From the NCBI GenBank assembly GCA_035084275.1, contig CM068742.1, positions 83,700,001 through 83,764,000 of the forward strand: a DNA stretch of 64,000 bases, given 5' to 3'. The notes beneath the pieces are model-generated. The model had not been told where the DNA came from and ran no database searches. It worked only from the letters and a program-made list of their open reading frames with translations. Position 1 is the stretch's first letter. Each line of letters starts with the position of its first letter. This document shows, in pieces, positions 1 to 12,410 of this stretch. A program made the position numbers and the translations under genes. Source of the DNA: Hydrolagus colliei. Taxonomy: Eukaryota.

Positions 1-190
1 AGTATTCTGCTGTGGGGGGTGTGCAGCAGGGTGTAGCATTCGTGGCGATACATTCGGAGGATGAAATGCTCTAGGCTCCTCTACTGCTGGTTGCTGTCCA
101 TAAGGATGGTGGTGGTAATTTTCATCTTGGCTCATAGAACTATGTCTGGTTAGTCTTTCTCGTCTCCCTCGCTGGCGTCTGACAGGAGGA
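1..190 (-). CDS. RNF38: RNF38 internal coding exon, running off the left edge of the window
   Basis: Minus-strand acceptor ttcAG at 192-191. Translation is (S)PPVRRQRGRRERLTRHSSMSQDENYHHHPYGQQPAVEEPRAFHPPNVSPRMLHPAAHPPQQNT, matching my recollection of vertebrate RNF38. Phase fits the upstream exon (AG|T = Ser). Confidence 0.95.
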
Positions 191-479
191 CTGAATCACA
201 CAAGATCATAGTCAGAAAGAAGTATTTGAATAATACTCACCTGCATATTTTATCATTCATTACTTTTGCAGTAAACAAAACATTAGTTAGTGCTAATAGC
301 ACAAAAAAATCAATACCCAGTGTACAAGTAATATTTGCCCTTGGAATCATTAAATTACTTTGTTCAGTCATGGTAATTATAGGTGATATGGTTTATTTGT
401 AATAAACCCTGCATGATTATAACTAATGTGTACTTTCACAATTGACATGTACTGTGGGATTTCAACTAACGTACTGCAA

Positions 480-960
480 GATTACAATTGTCGTGCTTTC
501 ATCACCTCTTGCCTCGTTTTTTTTCCAAGACCCTCCTTGCCGGTCTCCCCAACCCCAAAAAATCCAATGATCCTTTCTCCATACCAAACTCTGCAACCCC
601 ATCATACCACAGAGTGGATTGATTTCAAGATCCTTACACTTGCTTACAAATCAATCCCTAATTGGAACCTCCCTACCTCTCCAACCTGTTTACACCCCAC
701 TCCAATACCTAACGCTTCACTCAGCTGCCTCTGGCCTTCCGCATATCCCTTATCCTCTCCATTATCCATGGCCAGGCTTTCAGCCGCTATGCCCTAAAAC
801 TCTGAAACATTCTGTTTCAATCCCTCCGCCTGAGACTGTTGCTTGCTTGTCTGAAGATCTTCCTTTTTGACCATGCCAATATCACCTTCCTTCTTTCCCA
901 GGCTCTTTGCCATTATTAAGTGATCCGAGACACTACCCCAGGCACGAGTTGCCGTTGCCA
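480..960 (+). mobile_element. L2 LINE 3' fragment
   Basis: WIDFKILTLAYKS motif in ORF 426..797 is similar to the C-terminus of the L2 ORF at 61664..63100. Confidence 0.75.
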
Positions 961-2254
961 TGCATTGCATTATCCTATATGCTGATGATCATAACTAACA
1001 CGGATCACTTAAATCAAACTAATATGTACTGATGATCACACATATATTCACATATATTAACACATACTGCATACCATATCTTCACACCAAATTACCAAGC
1101 TATTCCAAATTTGCAAATGTATTTTGATTCATATTTTTACATCTTCTAAATTAATTTAATCAACATCTATTATCAGCTACACGTGTTTATGTTAAATTAA
1201 TCGTTCCCTGCCAACATATGCAGTTAATATTCTTTAATTGGTGCATAGGAAGTTCCTGTTTTACAAATATTCTGGAAGCATTGAAGGAGTGCAACAAAAA
1301 TCAGGATCCTCTTGCAATATTGTACAATTTTATGACAATCCTAAACTACAGTAAGCAAGGATTATTTTCATGAGGATAAACAACATTCATGAAGACTGGC
1401 AGACAGATTTTAGTATTTAAGGAACATATTCAGGCAGTAAAGTGTTCAAAATAAAACAGAAATCTTTCATGAAGTGAGCAAAATGAATTTGGTTGTGATT
1501 ATTGATTCACCAAATGTTTCCAAGACAACAGGATCTATAAATCACCCTAGCACGTCACCACTGTGTGACTGCTGGAAAAAGCACCTGAGATGAATGGCCT
1601 TTTCTAATGGTATTCCCCTATATGAGACACTGGTTCTCATGACAACCAAAGCCCTTGCTGGAATCTTGCACGATTGTTTCTCGCAGCTGCTGGAGCCAAC
1701 TGTTATCTTGAAAGGCTAACCAAATGCTATGCTGTTTCTTGAGGGTATCTGACTATAAGTCAAATAAAGGTACTCTGAAGGATATTTGCAATAATATATG
1801 TAAGCTTCATCACTCTAACGAAAAGGGTACTGAAGTATCAAAAAGAGAAAAAACATTCAAGGCTATGCTGTTCAGACATTTGAACTGATAAGGCATTGAT
1901 GGTGAAACAGATACAAGCAGGCTGTTCGTGCAGAACTATTAATGCATACATTTTAAATAAAACGGACTTCAAGTAAGAAGTAGAAATTAGATTTTGTTTT
2001 GTTACTAGTCATTATGTAGAACAGACATTCAACAAATGTAGTTGATACATTAATTAACTACTCTAAAAAAGGATCTGCTTCGAAAAAGACATGAGGATAG
2101 AGAGATTGATGCAAACTGAGGATGAATAAATACTCCATAGAATGCAATGATTCCTGTGCTGTTTTGATGGCTTAATGTGGTCTGTGAAGAGGGTGGGGTA
2201 CAAAAGAGGACACAGATGCACAATCTAGAGTTTCTACTTCATTATCTTAGTCTA

Positions 2255-2410
2255 AAGCCTCTGAGGCAGAAGGTTATGATTTCAAGCCAAAAAGGTTATG
2301 GTTTCGGTGACTTCAAACTCATAGTCTAGACTGATATCCCAATGCAGTGCTATATTGTGAAGCATTTGGATATTTTGAGAATACAACATATCAAATGCAA
2401 GGATTATCAT
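2255..2410 (+). mobile_element. Old Deu-domain SINE fragment
   Basis: gcagaaggttatgatttcaagcc...tctagactgatatcccaatgcagt resembles the head of 4778-5080, followed by a degraded tail. Confidence 0.45.
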
Positions 2411-3233
2411 TATCTTCATGATTCTGGGAATATCTATACAATAGATTCAGGCTGGGCAGGTGAGGTATAGAATAGAATAACTTTTGTTGTGAGTGTGGTA
2501 AAGGAGTCGAGTTCCATTTGGTGGCCGTTTGATGATCACTGCTTTGTGGTCTGAAGAAACAAGTGGTAAGTTTTACAACATTAATTGCATATTGTAGGCG
2601 AGGTGTTAATATTATGAAGTGAGATATTTTTAATCATCTAATTTCTAAAAGGAAGTGCATATTTTTAGCTGGAATACCATCTGCTTCATCATGTGATTTT
2701 CACATTAACTGATGACTGTTCTTTTGACTATTCATGTAGTATCTAATTTAAGGAGACTAATCAATGTTTACTACATTTCCTCGTGGACTGCACAGAGCTG
2801 CAACAAGTAACAAGGCTTCAATGGTCTTTTTTTATTGGACTATGGAGAAGTTTGTCCAGACAAGAAAACAAAGATACTAGACATAAGGGACTTCTGAAGC
2901 ACATCATTCTAATTCTGATCAAAGCAAATTGAAACTTTCAAATAACTTTTTCTTTCAGATGCTGAGAAATTAGTCTATTTCTATCATTATTCATTTTTGC
3001 TTTGGAGACAGATCTTTTGTATGCTTTCTTGTGATACAAAAAATGTTGACAGTGTAAGAGTCATGCTTTTCCGCTGCACTTTCCGGGATGCTACCCCATG
3101 TGAATGGCGTATATAAATGCAAATTGGTGTAAACAACATTCACTCACTGTATGGCCAACTGCATACATTCTAGAAATGTTTGATAACTGATTTGTTTTCT
3201 ATCTTGCAAAATACTACTTTCTTTCTGTCACAT

Positions 3234-3405
3234 AACAACAACAACTTCAATTTATATAGTGCCCTCCACGCCAGATGGCGTCTCAGAGCGCTTCACAATA
3301 GCGGATCCCGGGACAGAGCCAGGGTAAAAAGGTGACCAAAGGCGCGGTCGAAGAGAAAGGTCTTCAGCTGGAACCTAAAGCTGGGAAAAGAAGGGGCGAG
3401 GCAAG
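3234..3405 (-). mobile_element. L2 LINE 3' end
   Basis: (TTG)n tail. ggatcccgggacagagccaggg...ggtgaccaaaggcgcggtcgaagagaaaggtcttcagctgg is nearly identical to 61745-61820. Confidence 0.9.
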
Positions 3406-3454
3406 GCATAATGTCTGCAGGGTTGACATTCCACTTTTAAATAGAAGTAGAACT

Positions 3455-3582
3455 AATTGGCTGCCACGTTTCACCCACAAATATACAGTCAATTCACTTT
3501 ACAGTATATTTTGTGAAGCGCTTTGAGACGTTGAGAAGATGTGAAAAGCGCTATATCAAATGCAAGGATTAATATTATTATT
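3455..3582 (+). mobile_element. SINE 3' part
   Basis: attggctgccacgtttcacccacaaatatacagtcaattcactttacag...atcaaatgcaaggatt(att)n, same family as 22199-22507. Confidence 0.85.
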
Positions 3583-3651
3583 TTCACTTGAGAGACCATT
3601 AAAAATAGGTGATTCAATTAAACTGCATACTAATTGTAACTAAAGTATTAC

Positions 3652-3845
3652 CTTCTTCTGTTTCGTGCAGGTGTGTTGCATCTTTCCCCTGAGAAGTGGT
3701 GTTGAATGGGTCGAGCCGAGGGAGGCCGCCTGTTAGATGTCATCTCCCATGGTCGCATTGGTGGTGATGGGGCAGGAGATACTGCTGTGTATTCAAAAAC
3801 CGAATGAGAGAGGCGCTGGCGCTTAGGACTTGGACTGTCTTCACT
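3652..3845 (-). CDS. RNF38: RNF38 194-bp exon containing the MRPWE start
   Basis: Polypyrimidine tract and cAG acceptor at 3847-3846, AG|GTAATA donor at 3651-3650. Translation is SEDSPSPKRQRLSHSVFEYTAVSPAPSPPMRPWEMTSNRRPPSARPIQHHFSGERCNTPARNRR(S). The SEDSPSPKRQRLSHSVF and MRPWEMTSNR segments favour RNF38 over RNF44. Confidence 0.96.
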
Positions 3846-4389
3846 CTGTTTACCCCAGAAAAAAAGCAGAAAAAGATGTCTAATTTAGTAACACAATAAT
3901 GCATGGTCCCATTGTCTATGCAAGTGTAATACGTGTTTGTCAGCAATATTTTGAAACCACGTAGTACATCATTTTCTAATGTAGGGGTAATATAGTTTAA
4001 TCCACCAAGAGCATGCAGTTGCTGAGCAGAATATGAAGAGAGGAAGTTACCAACAAGCCCTTTGTGGGTCATATTTCACCTCCAGCATACATTATAAAAT
4101 GGAACAAAAATATTTGCACAAATATCAGCAAACTGCAGCTATTGTGCATTTGACCTAATTTTGCAGTTGCTGGTATATTAACTGCTAAACAACATTTGAA
4201 CATTTATTTATATTACTCTAATGAAAATTTGATAGACTTTGATGATAGCAAAGAAAATTGAATCAGTAACAAGATTTGGATGATGGCTCTTCAGCCCATT
4301 TGATCTCATCCTTCCACAATAATACCTAATTACTATGACAGCTATGTCTTCTCATTACATGTCATTCTTCTATAATATTTGCAACCACA

Positions 4390-4775
4390 GGTTCCCAATA
4401 CAGACTTTAAAGTCCTCACGCTAGTGTTTAAATTCCTCCATTCTTTGGTTCCCACCTATGTATCTAACCTCCTCTCTCCTCACAGCAGTACCAGTTGCCT
4501 GTGCTCTACCGGGTCCGGCCTCTTCGTTGCCCCTTGAAACCTCCACTCCACTATCGGCAGCCATGCTTTCAGCCACTAAACCCTGAAACTTTGGAAGTTC
4601 CTCCCCCATCCCCTTCGCCTCATCCCCCCGATTTTCCATCTTCAGGTTACACCCGAAGACGTTTCTCTTCAACCGGCTTACGGTCACCGTCCTGGCTCGG
4701 CCTTGGGCTCCACCATTGTTAAAGTGCTCTGAGACACTGCCCGACATGGAGGGCTCTATATAAATACAAATTGTT
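4390..4775 (+). mobile_element. L2 LINE 3' fragment
   Basis: DFKVLTLVFKFLH-like coding remnant and L2 tail ending tatataaatacaaattgttg. Confidence 0.8.
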
Positions 4776-4777
4776 GA

Positions 4778-5080
4778 AGAAGGTTTTGAGTTCAAGGCCC
4801 ACATTGGAATTTGAGCTCATAGTTGAGGCTGACGCTCCGGAGCTGTACTGGGGATTAATGTGTTGACAGAAGAGCCAATTTTTGCATGAGCCGTTAAACA
4901 GAGATCTTGTCTGCTTGTTTTCAGGTAGATTTATAATTTCCCATGATAACATTTGAAAAGAAGAGTTTCTTCTGGTAATCTTACCAACAACTCTCCAAAT
5001 TAATTGTTCAATCACTTGATGGCTCCTTGTGGGATCCTACTTAATACAATCACTGCATCCTCCTCCTACAAAATGTCAAT
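4778..5080 (+). mobile_element. Older DeuSINE (SacSINE1/AmnSINE1-like)
   Basis: gaaggttttgagttcaaggccc...aggctgacgctcc...atgagccgttaaacagag...tcaggtagat...cccatg resembles the Deu-domain SINE body as I recall it. Related pieces at 9690-9975 and 18960-19230. Confidence 0.6.
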
Positions 5081-5269
5081 GCACAACTGTAATTCCCTGT
5101 AGATATTTTAATACAGTAAATGCTGGATCACGGTTATTACAAACTGTCTATAAAAATGATAGTTCCACTGCTGACAAAAAGCAAGAGTTCTTCGCAAAAC
5201 AATCGAGGAGAACACAAAATGGCTTCTCAGCAGATGTGGAAGAAAATATGCTTTAAACTCTCTCCCCCA

Positions 5270-5477
5270 TTCGCCTTGCCCTCCGCCTCTACCTCCTTAA
5301 CCCTCTGTTATATCATGAGTGAAGACCTTCCTCTTCGACCGTAATTATGGTCGCCTTCCCCATCCCTCCCACCGGCTCGGCATCAGGCTCCACCACCCTT
5401 GGCATCAGGCTCCACCACCCTTGGAACGTCCTCCCGACATTAAAGGCACTCTATAAATGTAATTTTGCTCTTGTTGC
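5270..5477 (+). mobile_element. L2-type 3' fragment with a 22-bp tandem duplication
   Basis: Tail acgtcctcccgacattaaaggcactctataaatgtaattttg; ggcatcaggctccaccaccctt occurs twice. Confidence 0.7.
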
Positions 5478-6719
5478 ATAAAATGAACTGTGACACAAGG
5501 AGAAAAGCATAGTTATTTAACACAAAAAAATTATTGATCTGATAAAATAGAAACCATGTGCAAGGTCAAAATTCCGATTCCTTCATAATGTGTGTGTAAG
5601 TGTGAAGAACAAGCACGATAATCAGAGAAATGACAGAAAGAGACAATTTGGCCCTAGTAAGCAATGTACACAATTCACGGACCTAGATTAGGGGGAATAT
5701 GAATAAAATGTAAAATCCTGGTAAGGGGCTTGAACCAACAATTATGAAATAATGCCTCTGTACATTAAAAAATTTGCTAAGTAGGACATACAATAGCATG
5801 TACTATACCTAGATTAACTTGTACCAAGGTTATGAAAATACACACAGTTTTGGTGAAGGATACTAAATCATTTAGACATCAAAGCTAACATTTAATGAGA
5901 TGTCTAGAAGACGTGAAAAGCACTACATCAAATGAAGAATTATTATTATTATTATTTACTGCTCAAAGTAATTGATACAAATTAATAACAGTTTAGGAAA
6001 TTGTCTTCACTAAATCAATGCATTACAAATTAAAGAGTGTACTGCAATGAGGGTTTTCAACTTTGGCAGTACTGAACACTGTTAGCCTGTCATTTCAAAA
6101 GAAAAGTTCAGGAAATTATGGAGAGCCTCAATAAAACGAACAAACATACACTTTAGTACCAATAGAAATGAGTAACGACAAGTGTTCCCCTGTGAAACAT
6201 GTTGATAGAAGCAGTTCAACGAGGACTTGTAATGAAAATATCACCAGACAGGCAGGTAATCCTTTACTGTGCCCAGAGTAGGTGCACTTTACTTTTACAT
6301 GTTCTGTCGAACTGAACAAGAATTTCACATCAGGATGCAAGTGTGGTTTCCATTTCAGTTGGCATGAAAAGGAATTAACAAGCTCATGAGAGAAAGTCCT
6401 TAAGGTTTTATGAAAATATGAGAGGCAGGTTATTAAAGGTGACTGATGATAGCTAACGGAATTATCCAATGAACATTTTCCTCGATTTTACAAGCGTATA
6501 ATTGCTGGTGCAGTTGTACATTTTGCTTAAATGGTGTCTTGGGCACCTGCCTGTAGTTATACCTAAACTGGAGAAGTAAGGCTACACCGTTCAAGCTTAG
6601 CAGCAGTGATCATGGGGAGAGTACGAAAGAATTGCCGGGAAAGGTATTGCAATTGTAAAGCTGTGCTGTACTTGTAATCTCTTGAGATGTGTGAATGGAA
6701 AACAAATAAAATAATAATA

Positions 6720-6880
6720 ATTTGGTTACTCAATCCACGATTGTTTGTGGGACACTGTTGTGACCATTGGCTGCTTTGCTTTGCCCACAAAATATACAGT
6801 CAATTCACTTTATAGTCTATTTTGTGAAACATCTCAAAGATGTAATAAGGGGCCACATCAAATGAAGGATCATTATTATT
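6720..6880 (+). mobile_element. SINE 3' half
   Basis: caatccacgattgtttgtgggacactg...cagtcaattcacttt...atcaaatgaaggatcattatt. Confidence 0.8.
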
Positions 6881-9689
6881 AACTGACAGTGTTGGTGAAG
6901 GAGGCATTCTCCCAACCTGAAAGGCGCTCTATAAATGTAATTTTGTTGTTGTTGTAGAGGGGAAACAGACACTTAAAGTCATCAACTCCAACAAGAGAGT
7001 TACATTAATACGCTTTTTTGTAGCTTGTAAACAAATAATCACACAATAGAGCCTGTTTAAGCGCTTCAAAATGCTACCCATGTGAAACATGCTATATAAA
7101 TGCAAGTTGTTGTTGTATTCTGGTACCCCAAATTAACTACTTATATGAAGACTCAGTTGACACTTCAAAAGAAACTGTTAAGCCAGCTCACTCTCTCAAA
7201 CCATAAACAGGTCATCCACCATATGATGCATTCAGCAGATTTTGCGGAAAGTTGTAAAGCAAGTTGGGAAGACTTGGCTATCAATAACGGAATGTAGAGA
7301 CATCTGGTGTCAATCCTCCATAAACAGCAAAATAACTTGCTCAACTCACGCATTAAACATATCATCGCACACATCTACAGAGATTCCATCCCTCACTGAT
7401 GGAATAGGTTGGCGCCAGACACGTTCTTTCACATACCTCAAATCCAACCATTCAAAACAAATGATCTAGTATACATCAATAGCTACCTGGTCTGACAAGG
7501 GGAAACAAAGCTTAAATCAGACTCTGGATCCTCTCAATACCTACTTTTCTGCTTATTGACCCTGCTATTAGTGAATAGCGGACCTATTGGCATACAGACA
7601 ATAACAAAAAGAGTATGCATATTTATAGACCCTCACACGGCATCCTAGAGCACTTGAAATCCCAAGACTTGCTTGTCATGGCAATAAATTGCATTCCTTC
7701 ACCTTTCCTAACATGAGGAGGAAGGGAAAGAGGCTTAAGAGATAAGTACAGTATTCCAATTATACCATTGTTTTATATAGTGTACATTTAACTATGGATA
7801 TTCATGGATTGCTCTTATTTGCATTATATATTTACATTATATATTTGCACAACAGCGGAGGATTGATATTGTAAATACAATCTCTTTCATGGCTTTTTTA
7901 AAAAAGTGACAATTCCTGAAACAGTGGTGATCGTTGGGTAGTTTGCAGCGGAAAGCCTAGAGTTCTTTGGATACAGCTCTGAAAAATCCCAAGCCACTCT
8001 GTAGCACGAGAGAATGTTAAAACTTAAACTTTAATCTGTGGCACAGATTGTCTCACGACCCAGCAAGAACATTGGATACATATACAAATTCCAACATCTG
8101 GATCACCACTAAATGAGGTATTAATCTGGATGATCTAATAGGGCCTCTGAGCAGGGTTAGAGTTAGAATGTTCCTGGTTGCATAATTAAGCAACCAGCTA
8201 TAGAATAGAAACTGCATTGCTTTCTCAGGTCTATACAATTTCTAAAGTATACAATACAAAATTACAATGGTATGGCGCCTTTCACATCAGGAAGACGTGC
8301 CAAGGCATACAATGTAGTGATGAAGCTTTTTATTGAAAAAAATCTGTGAAATTATCATTTATTTCATCAGCTGAGAGACACAGGTGATTGGTACAAGGCC
8401 TTACTTGGTCTCTGAACAATTTGAGCACTTTGAAAATGTGGGGTAAGGCAGGGCACTGCATTTCTTAGGATCACTACTAGTATTCCACATTAGTTAAGAG
8501 ATCACGACAGGCAAGCAAGCTTGAGAAAATGATAAGTGTAAACATGTAAAAATCAGTACAAGTAAAGCAATTAACATGCAACAACCATAGACTGGCATCA
8601 TATTTACTTGTCTGAAAATCTGAGACTATCTGGATGCTGAACAAATGGGTCTTTTTATAGCAGCTAAACAATGATCAGGATGTACTACAGCCTGTAAATT
8701 AGGAAGACGATGATATAATTAGGTATTAAAAACAGTATTCATCTCAATACCATTTCTCAATACCCAAAAAATCTTCACGTTACCAAGTTAGCAACTGTTT
8801 GGAAAAAAGCAACACAATGTTATGTGCCTCCTCAAATAATGCTTGCAAATGCTGTTTATTTCAAACAACACCAATGTCAATGTTTCGTACAAGACCTCTG
8901 CTCCCTGTGAAACTGTTTCCCAGACACTGCCATCACATCACTGTCAACTCAATCTGTTCGACAGAGCCAAAAATCCCTTGATGAGCTGTGATTTCTGGAG
9001 CATGCATTAGGCTATGGTGAAACTGCTGTCTAATCATATCTTCATACTTTCGGTCTTTAATTATTACAATGTCTGCACCTGCTGCTAGGCCATCTTTTAA
9101 AAACAACAAAGCAAACCTAATTTTCTCTCTGACATTTTGAATCTCAACACAAGAAAAAAGTGTTGGGAAAATAAATACTTCGGCTCTTTTTATCCAATAA
9201 CACGCAGGGTCTAACCTATAAAACTGTTTTGCGGCTCAGACACTGCATTCAAAGACTATTGTTTGAAACATGGTTTTACAAAGAGATTGCCTAATCACCT
9301 CTTAGTTCAGAGCAGGAATCCTCCAAAGGCCAAACAGCATCAATTTGATTCATGAACTCACCTTCAAAGGCAAATTCATCAGGAATGTAATCAGAATCAA
9401 ATGAATATCCCCTCCAGCCTCAATTATAGCATCGATTCAATATCAAAACAGCATCAAACCAACATAATGCTGCAGTTCAAATAAGGCAAAAGACTCTGTT
9501 CACTTTGGACTGTTAGTTATCACAGACAGGCAATATTCATCAGTTCAATGCCAACCTGAATGTTTCATAATAGAATTGAAAAGACAATTATGCAGTCATG
9601 CTGTAAATAGGACTTTGAATCACAAGTATACTCAATTCATTGGTGGTAAAGAACTCATAGTCTCAGCAGACTTTTCAATACAATGGTGG

Positions 9690-9977
9690 GGGATTGTTGA
9701 TGCCATCTTTCAGATGAGAAGTTAAACAAGGTCCAGCATGTCTATTCTAAAGAGACGGGAGGTTCTACAGTGTCCTGGACAACTCCCAGAGTTTCTCTTG
9801 ATGTCGTGGTCAATCAATTCCGAGCAGTTTGTGGGAAGATGCTCTGAGCAATTTGGCTGCTGCATTCGCCTACAAAATATACAGTAATCATTATACCGTA
9901 CAGTAAATCCTGTGAAGCACTTCGAGACATCCTTCCTTCAATGTGAAAGGCACTATATAAAATCTAAGGATTATTAT
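9690..9977 (+). mobile_element. Deu-domain SINE fragment
   Basis: gccatctttcagatgagaagttaaac...tttgtgggaagatgctctgagcaatttggctgctgc followed by the tail. Confidence 0.65.
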
Positions 9978-10684
9978 AAAATGACCTACAATAGAATTGG
10001 TATTGTTTTCAAAAATCATATTGAACATTTTTCAGAAATTTTATGAAGGAAAAGATAATGAAAAATACAATATTAAAAAATCTAGCATGTAGACTCTAAA
10101 AAATTTTAAGCTAAATTTTAAGTTTTGCCCCAAATACTGTACTAACTAAAAAATAAAAGTTAATCCAATGTCCCTGTAGCAAGCAAAATCTGCTCATGTC
10201 AATCTACTGAACGTCATTCCCAAGCACTGCCCTGATTAAGTCACTTTCACTGTATGGCGAGATTTCCTTGCTGCTGAGCATCTCTGACATTAATGGCAAA
10301 TGTTCATGCCAATAAACATCAGGGTTTGAAATAAAAGCTGCTCAACCAATATACCACAGGATTAGTTGCTGACATATGAGACCAATTTGACAGTAAAAAA
10401 ACAGATCATATACTGTAATAGTTTATTTAAAATACTGACATTTAAAATACATATTTTAAGAATATTTTAATTAAATATTGAAATTTTCTTTCAGAAATAG
10501 TCTTCATTTTATTTTAATATGTTCATTCAAGGCTACGAGATTCGAATTCTACTTGGACTATTTAAAGGCATCCTATAACATTTCTATTTAAATGTTTCAG
10601 AAGACACAGGACTAGATTTTCTCATTTAGAAATATAATTATCAGCAACAGCACAATCTTTTATTCAAACTACAGTTTGGAACTA

Positions 10685-10990
10685 CAGTAAAAGCTTGTTT
10701 ATCCGGCACCCAACCAACCAGAACGCTCAACCCCCAACCAGTATCTCCAGATACAATTCACCATTGCAGCAAATGGATCTCATACCTGAGCCATCCGAGA
10801 GTCTCAAGAGTATGCTCACTTTGCACATGCGTGCAATGTGCTCGCGTGCACACTTATTAAACTTAACAAATGCTGCAATTTTTATTTTATCGATATTTTA
10901 CAGAGTATGCTGGAATGCTTTATTGCGTTTTATTTTTATTTTATCGATATTTTACCGAGTATGCTGGAACGCTTTATTGGGTTTTACTTT
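10685..10990. mobile_element. Truncated pogo/Tigger-like MITE (family A) with a 54-bp tandem duplication
   Basis: TA|cagtaaaagcttgtttatccggcacc terminus; reverse-complement match to 52940-53158; second TIR not found. Confidence 0.8.
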
Positions 10991-11299
10991 ATTGGGTTCT
11001 GAAAGTAACACTAGAGTTAGCTTGTAAGACCATTTTGTCTTAACGTTTAAGAATGTCAAGATCTGTGTCAAATTCTTACATTCAGTTTTAATATACAATA
11101 AATAATTTTTCAAAGAATTGTAGAAAAACGGGTTAAGATTGCACAAATTAACAAAATAGTTTGCATCCTAGCTGGAATTCAATTCAAGAGAGGTGGAGGG
11201 CAAGGGGTTGGGGTGGGAAGATGACCTAAGGCACAGTTGGGAAGAGGAAGACCTCAAGATGGTCCTTGATATTAATATACAATATAATAATATTATTAT

Positions 11300-11905
11300 T
11301 ATTATTGTTGTTTGATTCCCCCCACCCCTGCCCCCATCTTCTTCTTCCCTCACTCCCTTTCCCCACTTTCTCTCCTCCCTTTTCCCCTTCCCTCCCTCTT
11401 CCCTCTTCCTGATCTTGCCCCCACCCATCTTTCCCTCCCTCTCTTCCTTACCCCCCTTTCTCCCCCCTCTTCCTCCCTAACCCTATCCCATCCCACCTTT
11501 CCCTCCCTCTCCCCCCCTTACCCTCTTTTCCCCCTTTCTCCCCTGGCCCCATTTTCGCGATTGTTTGTGGGGACACTGCTGTGCGCAATTTGGCTGCCGC
11601 GTTTCGCCCACAAGTATACAGTCGACTTTCCTGCTTTTCTTCCCCCTGTCTCCACCCCTCCCCTTTTGCTTCTTTACCCCCTTTTGCCCCTAGTCCCACT
11701 TCCGTGACTGATTGTGGGACACTGCTGTGCGCAATTTGGCTGCCGCGTTTCGCCCACTAATACAGTTACTTTTCCTACTATTCTTCATCCTGCCCTGATC
11801 CTTCCCACCCTGCTCTTGTCCTACCTGACTGTGCAGCGCCTTGGGATGTCCTCTCGACGTGAAAGGCGCTATATAAATGTAAGTTTTGTTTGTTTGTTTG
11901 TTTGA
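11300..11905 (+). repeat. Polypyrimidine low-complexity tract containing two Deu-core SINE pieces and an L2-type tail
   Basis: gtgggacactgctgtgcgcaatttggctgccgcgtttcgccca at ~11565 and ~11715; tail cagcgccttgggatgtcctctcgacgtgaaaggcgctatataaatgtaag(tttg)n. Confidence 0.8.
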
Positions 11906-12410
11906 TGGAGACAAAGGAGGGGTGAGGAAGAGAGGTTCAGGCGTGGAGTTCCAGAGTGTTGGGCAGACAGACAGACAGACTACTGATGGTGGAGCTAGCA
12001 AGGCAAGGGATATGGAGTAGACTCATGCCTCATGAGCAGAAGGATGGTGAAGGTTGGTAAAGATTTCACAGGTGGCAGAGGTAGGGAGGAGTGAGACCAT
12101 GAAGGGCTTTAAAGCGGATGACGAGGATAAGAACATATAAGAAATACGAAATGAAAAAAGACTGAGGTCCATCTAGTTAGCCTTCCACCTTCCTAATCCC
12201 CCCCACCCATCCCTTCCCTCCCAGCCCCGTCCCCAGCTCGGGTCTGTCACAGTGACTATCAGCACCTTGGGACATCTTCCAGACGTGAAAGACGCTGTAC
12301 AAGTGCAATTTTGTTCTTGTTGGTCACAGGCACTTGTGTCCAAACTACCTATGTACTATATCCCATAATGTTGTTTCCTAAAATAATCTAATCTGTGTTT
12401 GAATCAACAC

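Noticed and set aside
6128-6469. 113-aa minus-strand ORF upstream of the RNF38 exon
   Set aside because: No recognisable similarity to RNF38 or other proteins and no convincing splice-site pair.
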